Positions 46,487-54,549 of a stretch of 64,000 bases of DNA are shown here, piece by piece; positions within the stretch are counted from its first letter, which is position 1; each line of letters starts with the position of its first letter. Where the stretch lies: IMG/VR virus record IMGVR_UViG_3300037258_000046, positions 10,209 to 74,208 of that record. One strand, given 5' to 3'. The translations under genes were made by a program, and so were the position numbers. This DNA is from a virus. A model generated the notes under the pieces. The model did no database searches. It had not been told where the DNA came from and saw only the letters and a program-made list of their open reading frames with translations.

Positions 46487-47029
46487 TCAGTCGTCGGCGC
46501 CGTCGCCGTCATCGGCGGCCGGAGCCTTGCGCGTGCGGCGCGTGCTCGTGTGCGCCTCGCTCTCGCGCTGCGCGTCCGCGCGATCCGCAAGACGCTGCCC
46601 CATCTCGCTCTCAGCGAACGCCTCGGCCTCGCTGACGTGCTGCTTGGACTTGCCCGACCCCTTGAGATCGGAGAACGGGAACGCGCCCTTGTAGGCAGCC
46701 CCGCGGGCATCCTCGGCGACGTACACGACCCACGCATCGGCGAGCGTGCGGCCGCGAATCGCGGCGGCAACGACCTCGTGCTCTTCGAGCCCGGCGACCT
46801 TCGCGACCTTCGCGAGATCGAGCTTCGGCGACTCCTCGATCTCGTGCTCGGCGCCCGAGTTGACCGCCTGCGCACGCAGACGAGCGTGATGCGGAAGATG
46901 CGTGGCCTTGAGCAGCGGCCCCGGCCGCGAGTCGTAGACCGCGTTGATCAGATCGCCAGCGACGCTCGCGGTGCCACCGGCACCGACGATGTCCGCGATC
47001 CGCGGGCTGACTTCTGCCGTCTCGGCCAT
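46487..47029 (-). CDS. hypothetical protein after the major capsid gene
   Basis: Abuts the capsid stop codon. Confidence 0.65.
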   Translation of the reverse strand: MAETAEVSPRIADIVGAGGTASVAGDLINAVYDSRPGPLLKATHLPHHARLRAQAVNSGAEHEIEESPKLDLAKVAKVAGLEEHEVVAAAIRGRTLADAWVVYVAEDARGAAYKGAFPFSDLKGSGKSKQHVSEAEAFAESEMGQRLADRADAQRESEAHTSTRRTRKAPAADDGDGADD

Positions 47030-48172
47030 TTAGGCCACCACCGATCGGTAGGTTCCGCGCGGGTCGACCGGCGCAGAGCCGAAGTCGAACTCCGTGATGT
47101 ACTCCAGCGCCCGCAGATCCCACGAGTACGGGTCGCTGTCCGGGCCGACGATCGAGCGGATCTCGGGATTGCGCATCCCGAGGAAAGGCGTCTCGTCGCC
47201 GTCGAGGAAGCTGATCGTGAACGCCGGGATCTGCGACGGATCCGCGAACAGATACCAGTCGTTCGGGTCCGGCAGGAAGTTGTCGACCACCACGCCCCCG
47301 GGCAGCAGCCCGGAGTCGGCTAGCGGGTTCACGTTGCCCGCGGCCATCTGCCCCGCCGCCATGTCGGTGGTATCGGTGCGGATGCCCGTGATCTGCGAGT
47401 TCAGGATGCGACGCGCGATCGCGGCCATGCGGTCGTTCTGCACGACCAGCACGCTCGCCTTCGACACGATCGGCCGGTTCAGGTCATCGCGCTGCGTCTG
47501 GAGCCACACGATCCCGTCCAGCAGCGAGTCCTCAGACAGCGCCGCCGTAGCCGAGTTGCCGACCACGCCGCCGTTCGTCGGCCGCGAGCTGGAGTACACC
47601 GGGTTGCCGTCGGGCGCCGTCGGGTTCGCGACGATCAGAGCGATCACGGCCTGCTGGATGAACACCCCAGCGGAGTAGCCCATCTCGTCAGGCGTCCGCG
47701 ACAGGATCTCGTTCGTGTCGTCGTTGCGAAGCGCCTGCCGCGTGATCTTGTACTCCGCGCCATAGGTGTCGACCATGATCGACGCCTCCGGGCGGAACGT
47801 CCAGCGCATCCCGGGACGCGTCCCAAGCTCGCCGACGTAGCCGATGCCGGTCATACCGGCGAAGCCCTTGATGCGCTTCTCGCGGAAGTCCTGCGCCGAG
47901 TCCTTCGCGGCGTAGCGCTTCCACTGGAAGGCCGCGCGCTCATACCCGGCGTAGAACGCGATGCGCACCGTGCCGTAAAGGAAGCTCGCGAAGTCGGCGC
48001 GCGTGTCCGGCGACGCCTCCTCCAGCAGCATCAGCGCAAGACGCTGATCCTCGTCGAGGTTCTCGGACGCCAGCGTCGCACCGGCCTCCTGTAGCTCGAT
48101 GCACGTGTCGCGCCAGTCCTCGTACATATCGAAGGTGCGGAGCGGCTTGCCCCATCGGCCGTAGTCGCGCAT
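47030..48172 (-). CDS. major capsid protein (HK97 fold, Mu gpT-like)
   Basis: DF...TYG....ITRQAL.NDD...WYLFADP...FLDG.E.P...DFG...D.RG. Confidence 0.85.
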   Translation of the reverse strand: MRDYGRWGKPLRTFDMYEDWRDTCIELQEAGATLASENLDEDQRLALMLLEEASPDTRADFASFLYGTVRIAFYAGYERAAFQWKRYAAKDSAQDFREKRIKGFAGMTGIGYVGELGTRPGMRWTFRPEASIMVDTYGAEYKITRQALRNDDTNEILSRTPDEMGYSAGVFIQQAVIALIVANPTAPDGNPVYSSSRPTNGGVVGNSATAALSEDSLLDGIVWLQTQRDDLNRPIVSKASVLVVQNDRMAAIARRILNSQITGIRTDTTDMAAGQMAAGNVNPLADSGLLPGGVVVDNFLPDPNDWYLFADPSQIPAFTISFLDGDETPFLGMRNPEIRSIVGPDSDPYSWDLRALEYITEFDFGSAPVDPRGTYRSVVA

Positions 48173-48558
48173 CAGAGCGTGTCCTTCGCGTCGAGGTTGA
48201 CCCACATCAGGCCCGTCGGGCAGCCGTAGGTTCCGGGAAGCGCCACGATGCGGCCGACCTTGACCTGCCCGGTCGACGGTGCGCCAAGACCAACGACGCC
48301 CGTGGCCGTCGTGATGTAGACCTCTTCGCCGAACGTTGCGCCGCCGATCGCGGCCACCTCGACGACGCCGGTCGTGATCAGGAAGAACGGCTCGCTGACG
48401 GCGATGACGTTGATGTTCGCGCGAGCGGTCGCGATCGTGTAGCCCTGCTGCTTGACAGCAGTGCCGACGTACCCGCCCTCATAGGTCAGATCGCCGTGGC
48501 TGCATGACCGGGTGGCAGCGGGGACGTGTACCCCGCGGCTGGAGACGTTCAGCGGCAT
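48172..48558 (-). CDS. capsid decoration/cement protein (DUF2190-like)
   Basis: 128 aa between scaffold and capsid; G.AV...TGVVE...G..VY...VG...V.L. Confidence 0.7.
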   Translation of the reverse strand: MPLNVSSRGVHVPAATRSCSHGDLTYEGGYVGTAVKQQGYTIATARANINVIAVSEPFFLITTGVVEVAAIGGATFGEEVYITTATGVVGLGAPSTGQVKVGRIVALPGTYGCPTGLMWVNLDAKDTL

Positions 48559-49868
48559 TACTCAGCGCCTCCCCGCGCCGGAGCGGGCTCACCCGTCAGG
48601 CGCTTCGTGTCGACTCCGGCAGACCGCAGGCCAGTCGCGAAGCTCGCGCGACCGCGGGAACGAGTTCCGTGCGCCGGAGGAGTTCCCCCGTCGCCCGTGG
48701 TGGCCGCACCCTGCCCGCGCACGCGGGTGGGCTGCGCCTCCGCGAGCTTCAAGCGCTCGCGTGCGATGTCGGCGTCCAGAGCCTCCTGGAGCACCTTGAG
48801 CGCAGGCTTCGTGACCGCACCCTCGCCGTCGCGCTCGGCGACGACATCGAGAGCGGCGCTCGGACGCGCCTCGCCCGACTCCTCGATCGAGAGCCGGTAG
48901 CGAAGGTTCAGATCGTCCTGGAAGGTGGGCGGCAGCTTCGACTCCGAGATGACGCGCTTGGCCTCGGCGTGCAGGTCACGAATCTCGACCTGACGACGCG
49001 ACTCCGAGCGGATCTCCGTCTCCAGCGACTCGCGGATCTCGGCGGTCTGCGCCTTCACCTTCGTCTCGACGATCGTGTCGATGGCAGTCGCGAACTCCGT
49101 GGACGCGAGTGCCTCTTCGAGCGTGATGGGCTTGGCGTCGTCGGTCACGAGTGGCTCCGGTTCAGGCGGCTCAGGGGGAGCTGCGGCTTCGAGCAGATGC
49201 GGCCGATGCTCACGGAGGTGAAAGACGAGATCATCGTCTCCCAGCCCCGACAACGTGCGCTCTGCATCACCATGTTCACGATCATAGTCGGCCTCTGCGA
49301 GTGCAAGTACATGCCCGCCCGCTCCGGCGCGCGTCACGAAGTCGACGCTCGACTCGTCCGCGCCATCGAAGCCCTCGACCAGCTCGGACGGCTTGCCGCG
49401 GTAGTTCGCGCGGCGCACCCCGGTCGCGAAAGTGCGGACGCTCAGCTTCACCGCGTTGGGCACCGCCTCGATCAGCTCGCGCATCTCGCGCGTCGGCATA
49501 GCGCGGCCGATGACCGCGCCCTTCTCGTGGCCAAGCTCCGTGTCCTGCGGCGTCTCGAAGTCCGGATCCCAGCTCGTCTCGCGGATCTCGCCGCGCAGAT
49601 CGCCGGTCGGTCGCGGCAGCCCGCCGCGCAGCTTCTTGATCGCCGGGCTCTCGTGGTTGTCGAACATCGGCAACCCCTTGAAGAACGAGTGCTGCGACTC
49701 CAGCAGCTCGCGAGGATAGACGCGCTTCCCGCGGCCGCGCGCCTGCCCCGGCCGGATCAGCACCACGTTCACGGTGCCGTCCTCGTTGAACGGGCCGCCG
49801 CCGTCCGTGCTCTCCTGGAGCAGCAGGGGGATCGTCTCAACGACGTCCGGCGTGCGAGTTCCGGTCAC
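48558..49868 (-). CDS. capsid maturation protease fused to scaffold
   Basis: YP...F.NH...LS...SVDFVT.AGAGG protease domain followed by an acidic coiled coil. Confidence 0.8.
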   Translation of the reverse strand: MTGTRTPDVVETIPLLLQESTDGGGPFNEDGTVNVVLIRPGQARGRGKRVYPRELLESQHSFFKGLPMFDNHESPAIKKLRGGLPRPTGDLRGEIRETSWDPDFETPQDTELGHEKGAVIGRAMPTREMRELIEAVPNAVKLSVRTFATGVRRANYRGKPSELVEGFDGADESSVDFVTRAGAGGHVLALAEADYDREHGDAERTLSGLGDDDLVFHLREHRPHLLEAAAPPEPPEPEPLVTDDAKPITLEEALASTEFATAIDTIVETKVKAQTAEIRESLETEIRSESRRQVEIRDLHAEAKRVISESKLPPTFQDDLNLRYRLSIEESGEARPSAALDVVAERDGEGAVTKPALKVLQEALDADIARERLKLAEAQPTRVRGQGAATTGDGGTPPAHGTRSRGRASFATGLRSAGVDTKRLTGEPAPARGGAE

Positions 49869-49874
49869 ACGGTC

Positions 49875-49905
49875 AGGATAGCCGCGCCAGCCGGACGTTC
49901 ATCAA
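49875..49905 (-). promoter_or_regulatory. late-type promoter TTGATG-N19-TATCCT, leaderless start
   Basis: GTG start 6 nt after the -10. Confidence 0.7.
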
Positions 49906-50175
49906 TCAGTGCTTTGCGTGCCCGTTCGTCGCCTTGTCGCGATCGGCGCGCCACAGCTCGATGATCTCCCGCCGCGCCTGCGGGTCACCGCGCAGCTCCG
50001 GCGCCGACGCGTCAACCCACGGCGGCAGCGGAGCGTTCGTCTTGTGGCGCCCGCGCGCCACGTAGTCGAGGTTCCGCCACATCTGCATCAGGAACCCCGC
50101 GGCGATCGAGCACGCCATGCCGAACGCAGCGAGCGCCAGCACGGCGAGCACGATCAGAAGCAGCAGCGCGATCAT
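49906..50175 (-). CDS. small membrane protein
   Basis: N-terminal hydrophobic helix; TGATG coupling. Confidence 0.6.
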   Translation of the reverse strand: MIALLLLIVLAVLALAAFGMACSIAAGFLMQMWRNLDYVARGRHKTNAPLPPWVDASAPELRGDPQARREIIELWRADRDKATNGHAKH

Positions 50176-50429
50176 CAGAACGGCAGATCGTCGGCGTGGT
50201 CGACGATCGCGACGGCCGGGCGAATCACACGCACGAGCTTGTAGTCAGCGACCACCGCGCGAGCCTCGCGAATGCCCTCCGGCTCCGGGCCCTGCTCCCA
50301 GCTATGAACGGCCATCGCGTCGTACGGGTCGAAGCCCATCGACACCGCGCCCATGCCCACCTCGGCCGCGATCTCGCTCGCCTGCTCCTCCCACTCCTCG
50401 ATCGTGGTGAAGGCTTCATCTACGGTCAT
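50175..50429 (-). CDS. early-type hypothetical protein
   Basis: Conserved promoter/leader at 50452-50472; acidic DDLPF C-terminus. Confidence 0.65.
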   Translation of the reverse strand: MTVDEAFTTIEEWEEQASEIAAEVGMGAVSMGFDPYDAMAVHSWEQGPEPEGIREARAVVADYKLVRVIRPAVAIVDHADDLPF

Positions 50430-50488
50430 CGTCTGCTCCTGTCGGTCGGTTCGGGTTGCGCCGCAAACTGTAGCACAACGCGAACCGC

Positions 50489-51529
50489 CTATGCGTCCCC
50501 GTACGTCGACAGCACATACTCGGAGACTTCCCCCCAATTCTCAGTCGCGAGCGTCAACACCGTCCGCTGCTCCTCCTCCTCCTGCACCTTCTCCTGCCAC
50601 TGATGCCCGTCACGCAGCAGCCCGATCTCAGTACGGATCAACCGGACTAGCGTCTGCGGGTCGAGCGCGTCCAGCTCCCATGAGCTGCTCCCGTAGCGCT
50701 TCACGTAGCCGTGGCCGCGCGAGTCCGACAGCTTCGCCGGGTTCGGCGGAGGGTTGTGCTCCTGGATCTGCTCCCAGGTCAACGCGATGCGCTTCACCTC
50801 CAGCTTCTCCCACAGCTCCGCCTTCATCGTGTCGACGTCGTCGCCGAGATCGCACAGATCCAAGTCGACCGACAGGAACCGCGCGAGCCGATCTTCGATG
50901 TCGCGGGTCATGTCGATGCCCGACGGATCGTGGTCCCCGAGATGCAAGATCACGCACCGCTTGCCCTGCTCGATCTTCCCGCGCAACCGCTGCGCCGAAG
51001 ACCAAATCTCCGATAGCGACGTGTACCCGCGGCACGACAGATAGGTGACGTCCTCGATCGGGCAGCTCCGCTCAAGCATCCCCACGAGCGCGTCCTTCTC
51101 GATCCACACCTCGACGTGAGTGTCCTGCGGCGCCCACTTGTCGATCGCGAACGCCTGCGCGGCCGCCTCGATCAGCTCCGTCGGCGAGTCCCAATGCGGC
51201 GGGCTCTCCGCCTTGCGCGTGCGGTCGACGATGTAGTCCCAATCGAGCTGCCCGGCCAGCCGCGCGTCGGCGACGATGTCGCCCAGCCACTTGTAGTTCG
51301 GCTCCGCGTTCTTCGTGCCGTTCTCGTCGCGAACCCACTTCCCCGCGGCCGTCTGCGACCACGTGCGCGCGTCCGGAAAGTAGTCGTGCGCGACGAACTG
51401 GTAGTAGAGCTGCCGCAGCGTCAAGTCGTAGCGCTGCGCCGCGAACTCCGCGCATATCTGGCGGGCCCGAGCGATCACCCGCCGCGCCTCCGGCGGGAAC
51501 GACTTCGACACGTACTGAATCTCAGGCAT
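50489..51529 (-). CDS. TopoVI-A/Spo11-like wHTH plus Toprim protein
   Basis: LTLRQLYY; VEVWIEKDAL; RGY.S; LGDHDPSG; WELDAL. Confidence 0.75.
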   Translation of the reverse strand: MPEIQYVSKSFPPEARRVIARARQICAEFAAQRYDLTLRQLYYQFVAHDYFPDARTWSQTAAGKWVRDENGTKNAEPNYKWLGDIVADARLAGQLDWDYIVDRTRKAESPPHWDSPTELIEAAAQAFAIDKWAPQDTHVEVWIEKDALVGMLERSCPIEDVTYLSCRGYTSLSEIWSSAQRLRGKIEQGKRCVILHLGDHDPSGIDMTRDIEDRLARFLSVDLDLCDLGDDVDTMKAELWEKLEVKRIALTWEQIQEHNPPPNPAKLSDSRGHGYVKRYGSSSWELDALDPQTLVRLIRTEIGLLRDGHQWQEKVQEEEEQRTVLTLATENWGEVSEYVLSTYGDA

Positions 51530-51908
51530 CACTACCTCCTCGCAGCTCGGCCGCCTTCGCCAAGTAGACCGCGGCCTCCTCCGGCGTGCGGCCCGCGACA
51601 TTCTCCAGCGCCGCGATGCGACGCTCCCGCGGGAACCGCGCCAGCAGCGCGCTCACGTGATCGCGCAGATGCTCAAGCTGCCAGACGATCTCCTCCTCGT
51701 AGGCTTCGCGCGCCAGCGACGAGAACTCCGAGCCCTCCTCGAACAGAAGGTGCGCGAGCCGCATGATCGCTAGCGGAGCGTCTTCGAGCGCCTTCTGCGC
51801 GAGCCTCCAGCGTTCCGGCACCGGCTTCGTCGACCACGAGCCCGCACGCACCCGGCCGACGCCTTGGACGTAGGTCATCTTCGGCATCAGCGCCACAACC
51901 TTCGCCAC
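51522..51908 (-). CDS. hypothetical protein
   Basis: Helical ORF ending ...GRTPEEAA.YLAKA.EL. Confidence 0.55.
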   Translation of the reverse strand: MAKVVALMPKMTYVQGVGRVRAGSWSTKPVPERWRLAQKALEDAPLAIMRLAHLLFEEGSEFSSLAREAYEEEIVWQLEHLRDHVSALLARFPRERRIAALENVAGRTPEEAAVYLAKAAELRGGSDA

Positions 51909-52044
51909 ACGCCGACCTTGCCGAGCCCGCGCCCCACCGCGATGTTCTTCGCGCGCCGCGGCACGTTGCCCGTCCTGATCGCCCTGCCGGTCGCGCTCGC
52001 GCGCGCCGCCCGGTACAGCGTCCCCGTCACCGTGAACTTGCCCA

Positions 52045-52746
52045 TCACTGCACCTTCCTTTCAGCCGCGCGGCGGGCTGCCTGCCAGATCCGCGCGTCCA
52101 TGTCGTAGGTTCGTCCGTCGTTGCGCACGCCGTCCAGCGCGCCCGGCCAAAGCTCTCTCGCGGCCCGCAGCAGCGTCACCCTGAACTGCGTGCCGTGGTG
52201 CTCGTGGTAGTTGCAGATCACATGGACCAGCTCGTGCAGGATCAGCTCTTGCGCGCGCTCCAGCGGCACCGTCGGCCCGAACCGCAGCACCATCCGGTCG
52301 TACCACCACGCCCGCCCCGAGCACCCGCTGCCGATCGCCTTCGAGCGGATGATCTTCACCTCGGGCCGCCATGACGGCGGCTCCGGGTTGACCAGCTCGT
52401 CGCGCGTCGCGGCCCACCGCTCGCGGATCTCCGGCAGCCGCATGCACCGCTCGATGAACGCGAAGACGTCCAGCTCGACGCGCTCGCCATCGGCCGCGAC
52501 AGCCCACACGATCCATCGCTCGCGCTCGCGCTGACGTGCCGCCTTCTCCGCCGTCGCGCGCTTCTCGCTGCTGCGCAGCGCCGACGCGGCGCGCTTGCGC
52601 TCAAGCGACGGCGCCGTGCGCTTCACTAGACGGCCCTCCGCCTGCGAGCACGGCAAGCAGTAGCGCACCACCGCATCGGCGCGCGGACGCGTCGAGCCGA
52701 GCACACCCGGATGCTTGCCGTTCGGGCACTCCCACCGCACGCTCAC
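52045..52746 (-). CDS. SprT-like zinc metalloprotease
   Basis: ILHELVH...HHG..F; N-terminal Zn ribbon. Confidence 0.75.
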   Translation of the reverse strand: MSVRWECPNGKHPGVLGSTRPRADAVVRYCLPCSQAEGRLVKRTAPSLERKRAASALRSSEKRATAEKAARQRERERWIVWAVAADGERVELDVFAFIERCMRLPEIRERWAATRDELVNPEPPSWRPEVKIIRSKAIGSGCSGRAWWYDRMVLRFGPTVPLERAQELILHELVHVICNYHEHHGTQFRVTLLRAARELWPGALDGVRNDGRTYDMDARIWQAARRAAERKVQ

Positions 52747-52961
52747 GTGACCGGCCCTCCCGCCTCGCGCGAGAACGACGCGAGCACGCGCGGCAGAAGC
52801 ACCGTCTCCTCCGTCGCCTCGATCGTGAAGTCAGCCACGCCGCGCAGGCGTAGCTCCATCGCCAGCTTCTCGGCGATCACGGCAACGGCGCCCGCCGCCT
52901 CCTGCTCGCCGTCGTCCGCCTCCGTAGCGCGGACCTCAATCGTGTACTTCGCTGTCGCCAT
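52743..52961 (-). CDS. hypothetical protein
   Basis: AAGGAGT SD and conserved leader at 52978-52998. Confidence 0.6.
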   Translation of the reverse strand: MATAKYTIEVRATEADDGEQEAAGAVAVIAEKLAMELRLRGVADFTIEATEETVLLPRVLASFSREAGGPVT

Positions 52962-53129
52962 CGTTCACTCCTTCGTTCGGGTTGCGCTACACAGTGTAGC
53001 AGTCCCCGTTACGGAGTGTCGCGCGACTAGGTCAGCGGATGGCCTTGATGATCCACACGAACAGCGCCACCGCTGCCAGTGCGAGCACCGCGATCAGGAG
53101 ATCCCCCGCGACGGTCCCGAGCGCCAACA

Positions 53130-53474
53130 TCAGGTCACGAACTCCGTGTTTGAGTTCGAGTCGAGCGCCTCAAGCGTCGGCGGATCGAGATGGCCATGCG
53201 CGCGCAACCCGACCGACCGCTGGAAGCCCTGCACCGCTCCCACCGTGCTCGCACCGTAGTGGCCGGGCGTGTCGCTGTGCGGGAACCCCTTCGCCGCGAG
53301 CTTGCGCTGAGCCGTCCGCACATGCGGGCCCGTCGACCCCGGCGGGATCGACGCAGGCTCCGCATCCGTCGGCCCGTTGTAGGCGCCCATCGCCGTCTCG
53401 CCATCGCCGCCGCCGCCCGGCAGGAACGCCTCTTCGACGACACCGCGGACCAGCGGACGATTCAACGCGCTCAC
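53130..53474 (-). CDS. stand-alone peptidoglycan-binding domain protein
   Basis: GSTG..V...Q..L...G.YG..T..AV..FQR..GL...G..D..T..AL; leaderless. Confidence 0.85.
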   Translation of the reverse strand: MSALNRPLVRGVVEEAFLPGGGGDGETAMGAYNGPTDAEPASIPPGSTGPHVRTAQRKLAAKGFPHSDTPGHYGASTVGAVQGFQRSVGLRAHGHLDPPTLEALDSNSNTEFVT

Positions 53475-53523
53475 GCTCTCAGCCTACTCACCGCCAACCA
53501 TCCCATGTGCATCCCGCGGAATG

Positions 53524-53865
53524 TCATCCGAGCGCGAGCGCGAGCACGACACCCTCGTCGGGCTCCAGCTCCTCCAGATCCTCAAGCGCCGCCATCAACG
53601 AAGCGCTCACCCGCTGAAACCGCGACGGCGCACCCGACCAGCACCGCTCGAACTCGTCCTTAGTCGCCTCCAGCACCGCACGCCACTCACGCCGCTCGAC
53701 CGTCGCATGCGGCCAGCTCTTCTCGCTCACCATCCGCTGCCAGCTCGCGGCCCACGCCGCCTCGAAGTCCACCTCACCCGCAGCGCGCGCCTCGCTCAGC
53801 AGCTCCCGCATCCGAACACACGGCCGCGGCTTGCGGCGGATCGTTCGACGTATTGCCTCAGCCAT
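53524..53865 (-). CDS. hypothetical protein
   Basis: GAGGAGGT SD. Confidence 0.6.
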   Translation of the reverse strand: MAEAIRRTIRRKPRPCVRMRELLSEARAAGEVDFEAAWAASWQRMVSEKSWPHATVERREWRAVLEATKDEFERCWSGAPSRFQRVSASLMAALEDLEELEPDEGVVLALALG

Positions 53866-53874
53866 GCGACCTCC

Positions 53875-54549
53875 TCATAGGGTTGCCAACGCGCCGACGG
53901 CCGCCGACACGTAGTCCATCGTGCACCTGCAACCACCCCCGCACTGCGTCGACCCGTCACCCGGGAACGCAGGCCAATCCGCCTCAGCCATCGGCGGCTG
54001 ATCGCCCATGTACTCGCAGTCACCGCAGCTCGCGTCATCGTCGGCGCAGATCCACGCCAGCAGCTTCCCGTCCGCGTTCGCTGCCTGCGCGAACCCGTGC
54101 TGCTCACCGCCCCACACCGCGAGCCCCGCGCCCATCGCCAGCCGGTAGGCGTTCGACTTCGCCCACGCCGCGACCGCCGCCGCACTCGTGCGCCCCGGAT
54201 GGTCCTTCGAGCCCGGCGCCAGCTCCGGCGTCGTGTTGACCGCCGTGACCTCCCCGACCATCTTGTCGATCGACGCGTACGCCTTCCTGAGCGCCTGCGC
54301 CTTGCGATTCGGGTCAGGCTGCTTCGGAGCGACGAACTTTCGGTGTCGCGCCGCGTACACGGCTGCTACGGCCGCCTGCCCGTCCCGGCGCATGTGCTCA
54401 CGCTCCTCGGGCGTGAAGTCCTCGCCGTCGTCGGGATCCGCGTCCGGCACGTACGCCGCCACCCCGCGCGCCCATGCCTCGTCGTAATAGCGATCGAGCA
54501 GCTCGCGCTGCTTGGCCGCCCAGCTCGCCAGAGCGTTCGCGGGGAGCAC
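53875..54549 (-). CDS. MuF-like minor head protein
   Basis: W...DD..C.DC...PGDG.T.C...CRC; follows the portal. Confidence 0.7.
   Translation of the reverse strand: MLPANALASWAAKQRELLDRYYDEAWARGVAAYVPDADPDDGEDFTPEEREHMRRDGQAAVAAVYAARHRKFVAPKQPDPNRKAQALRKAYASIDKMVGEVTAVNTTPELAPGSKDHPGRTSAAAVAAWAKSNAYRLAMGAGLAVWGGEQHGFAQAANADGKLLAWICADDDASCGDCEYMGDQPPMAEADWPAFPGDGSTQCGGGCRCTMDYVSAAVGALATL

Noticed and set aside
16698-53211. Other GCAACCCG copies (about 16697 on the minus strand; 21729, 31953 and 53204 on the plus strand)
   Set aside because: They lie inside coding sequence without SD or -10 geometry, and their number is compatible with chance
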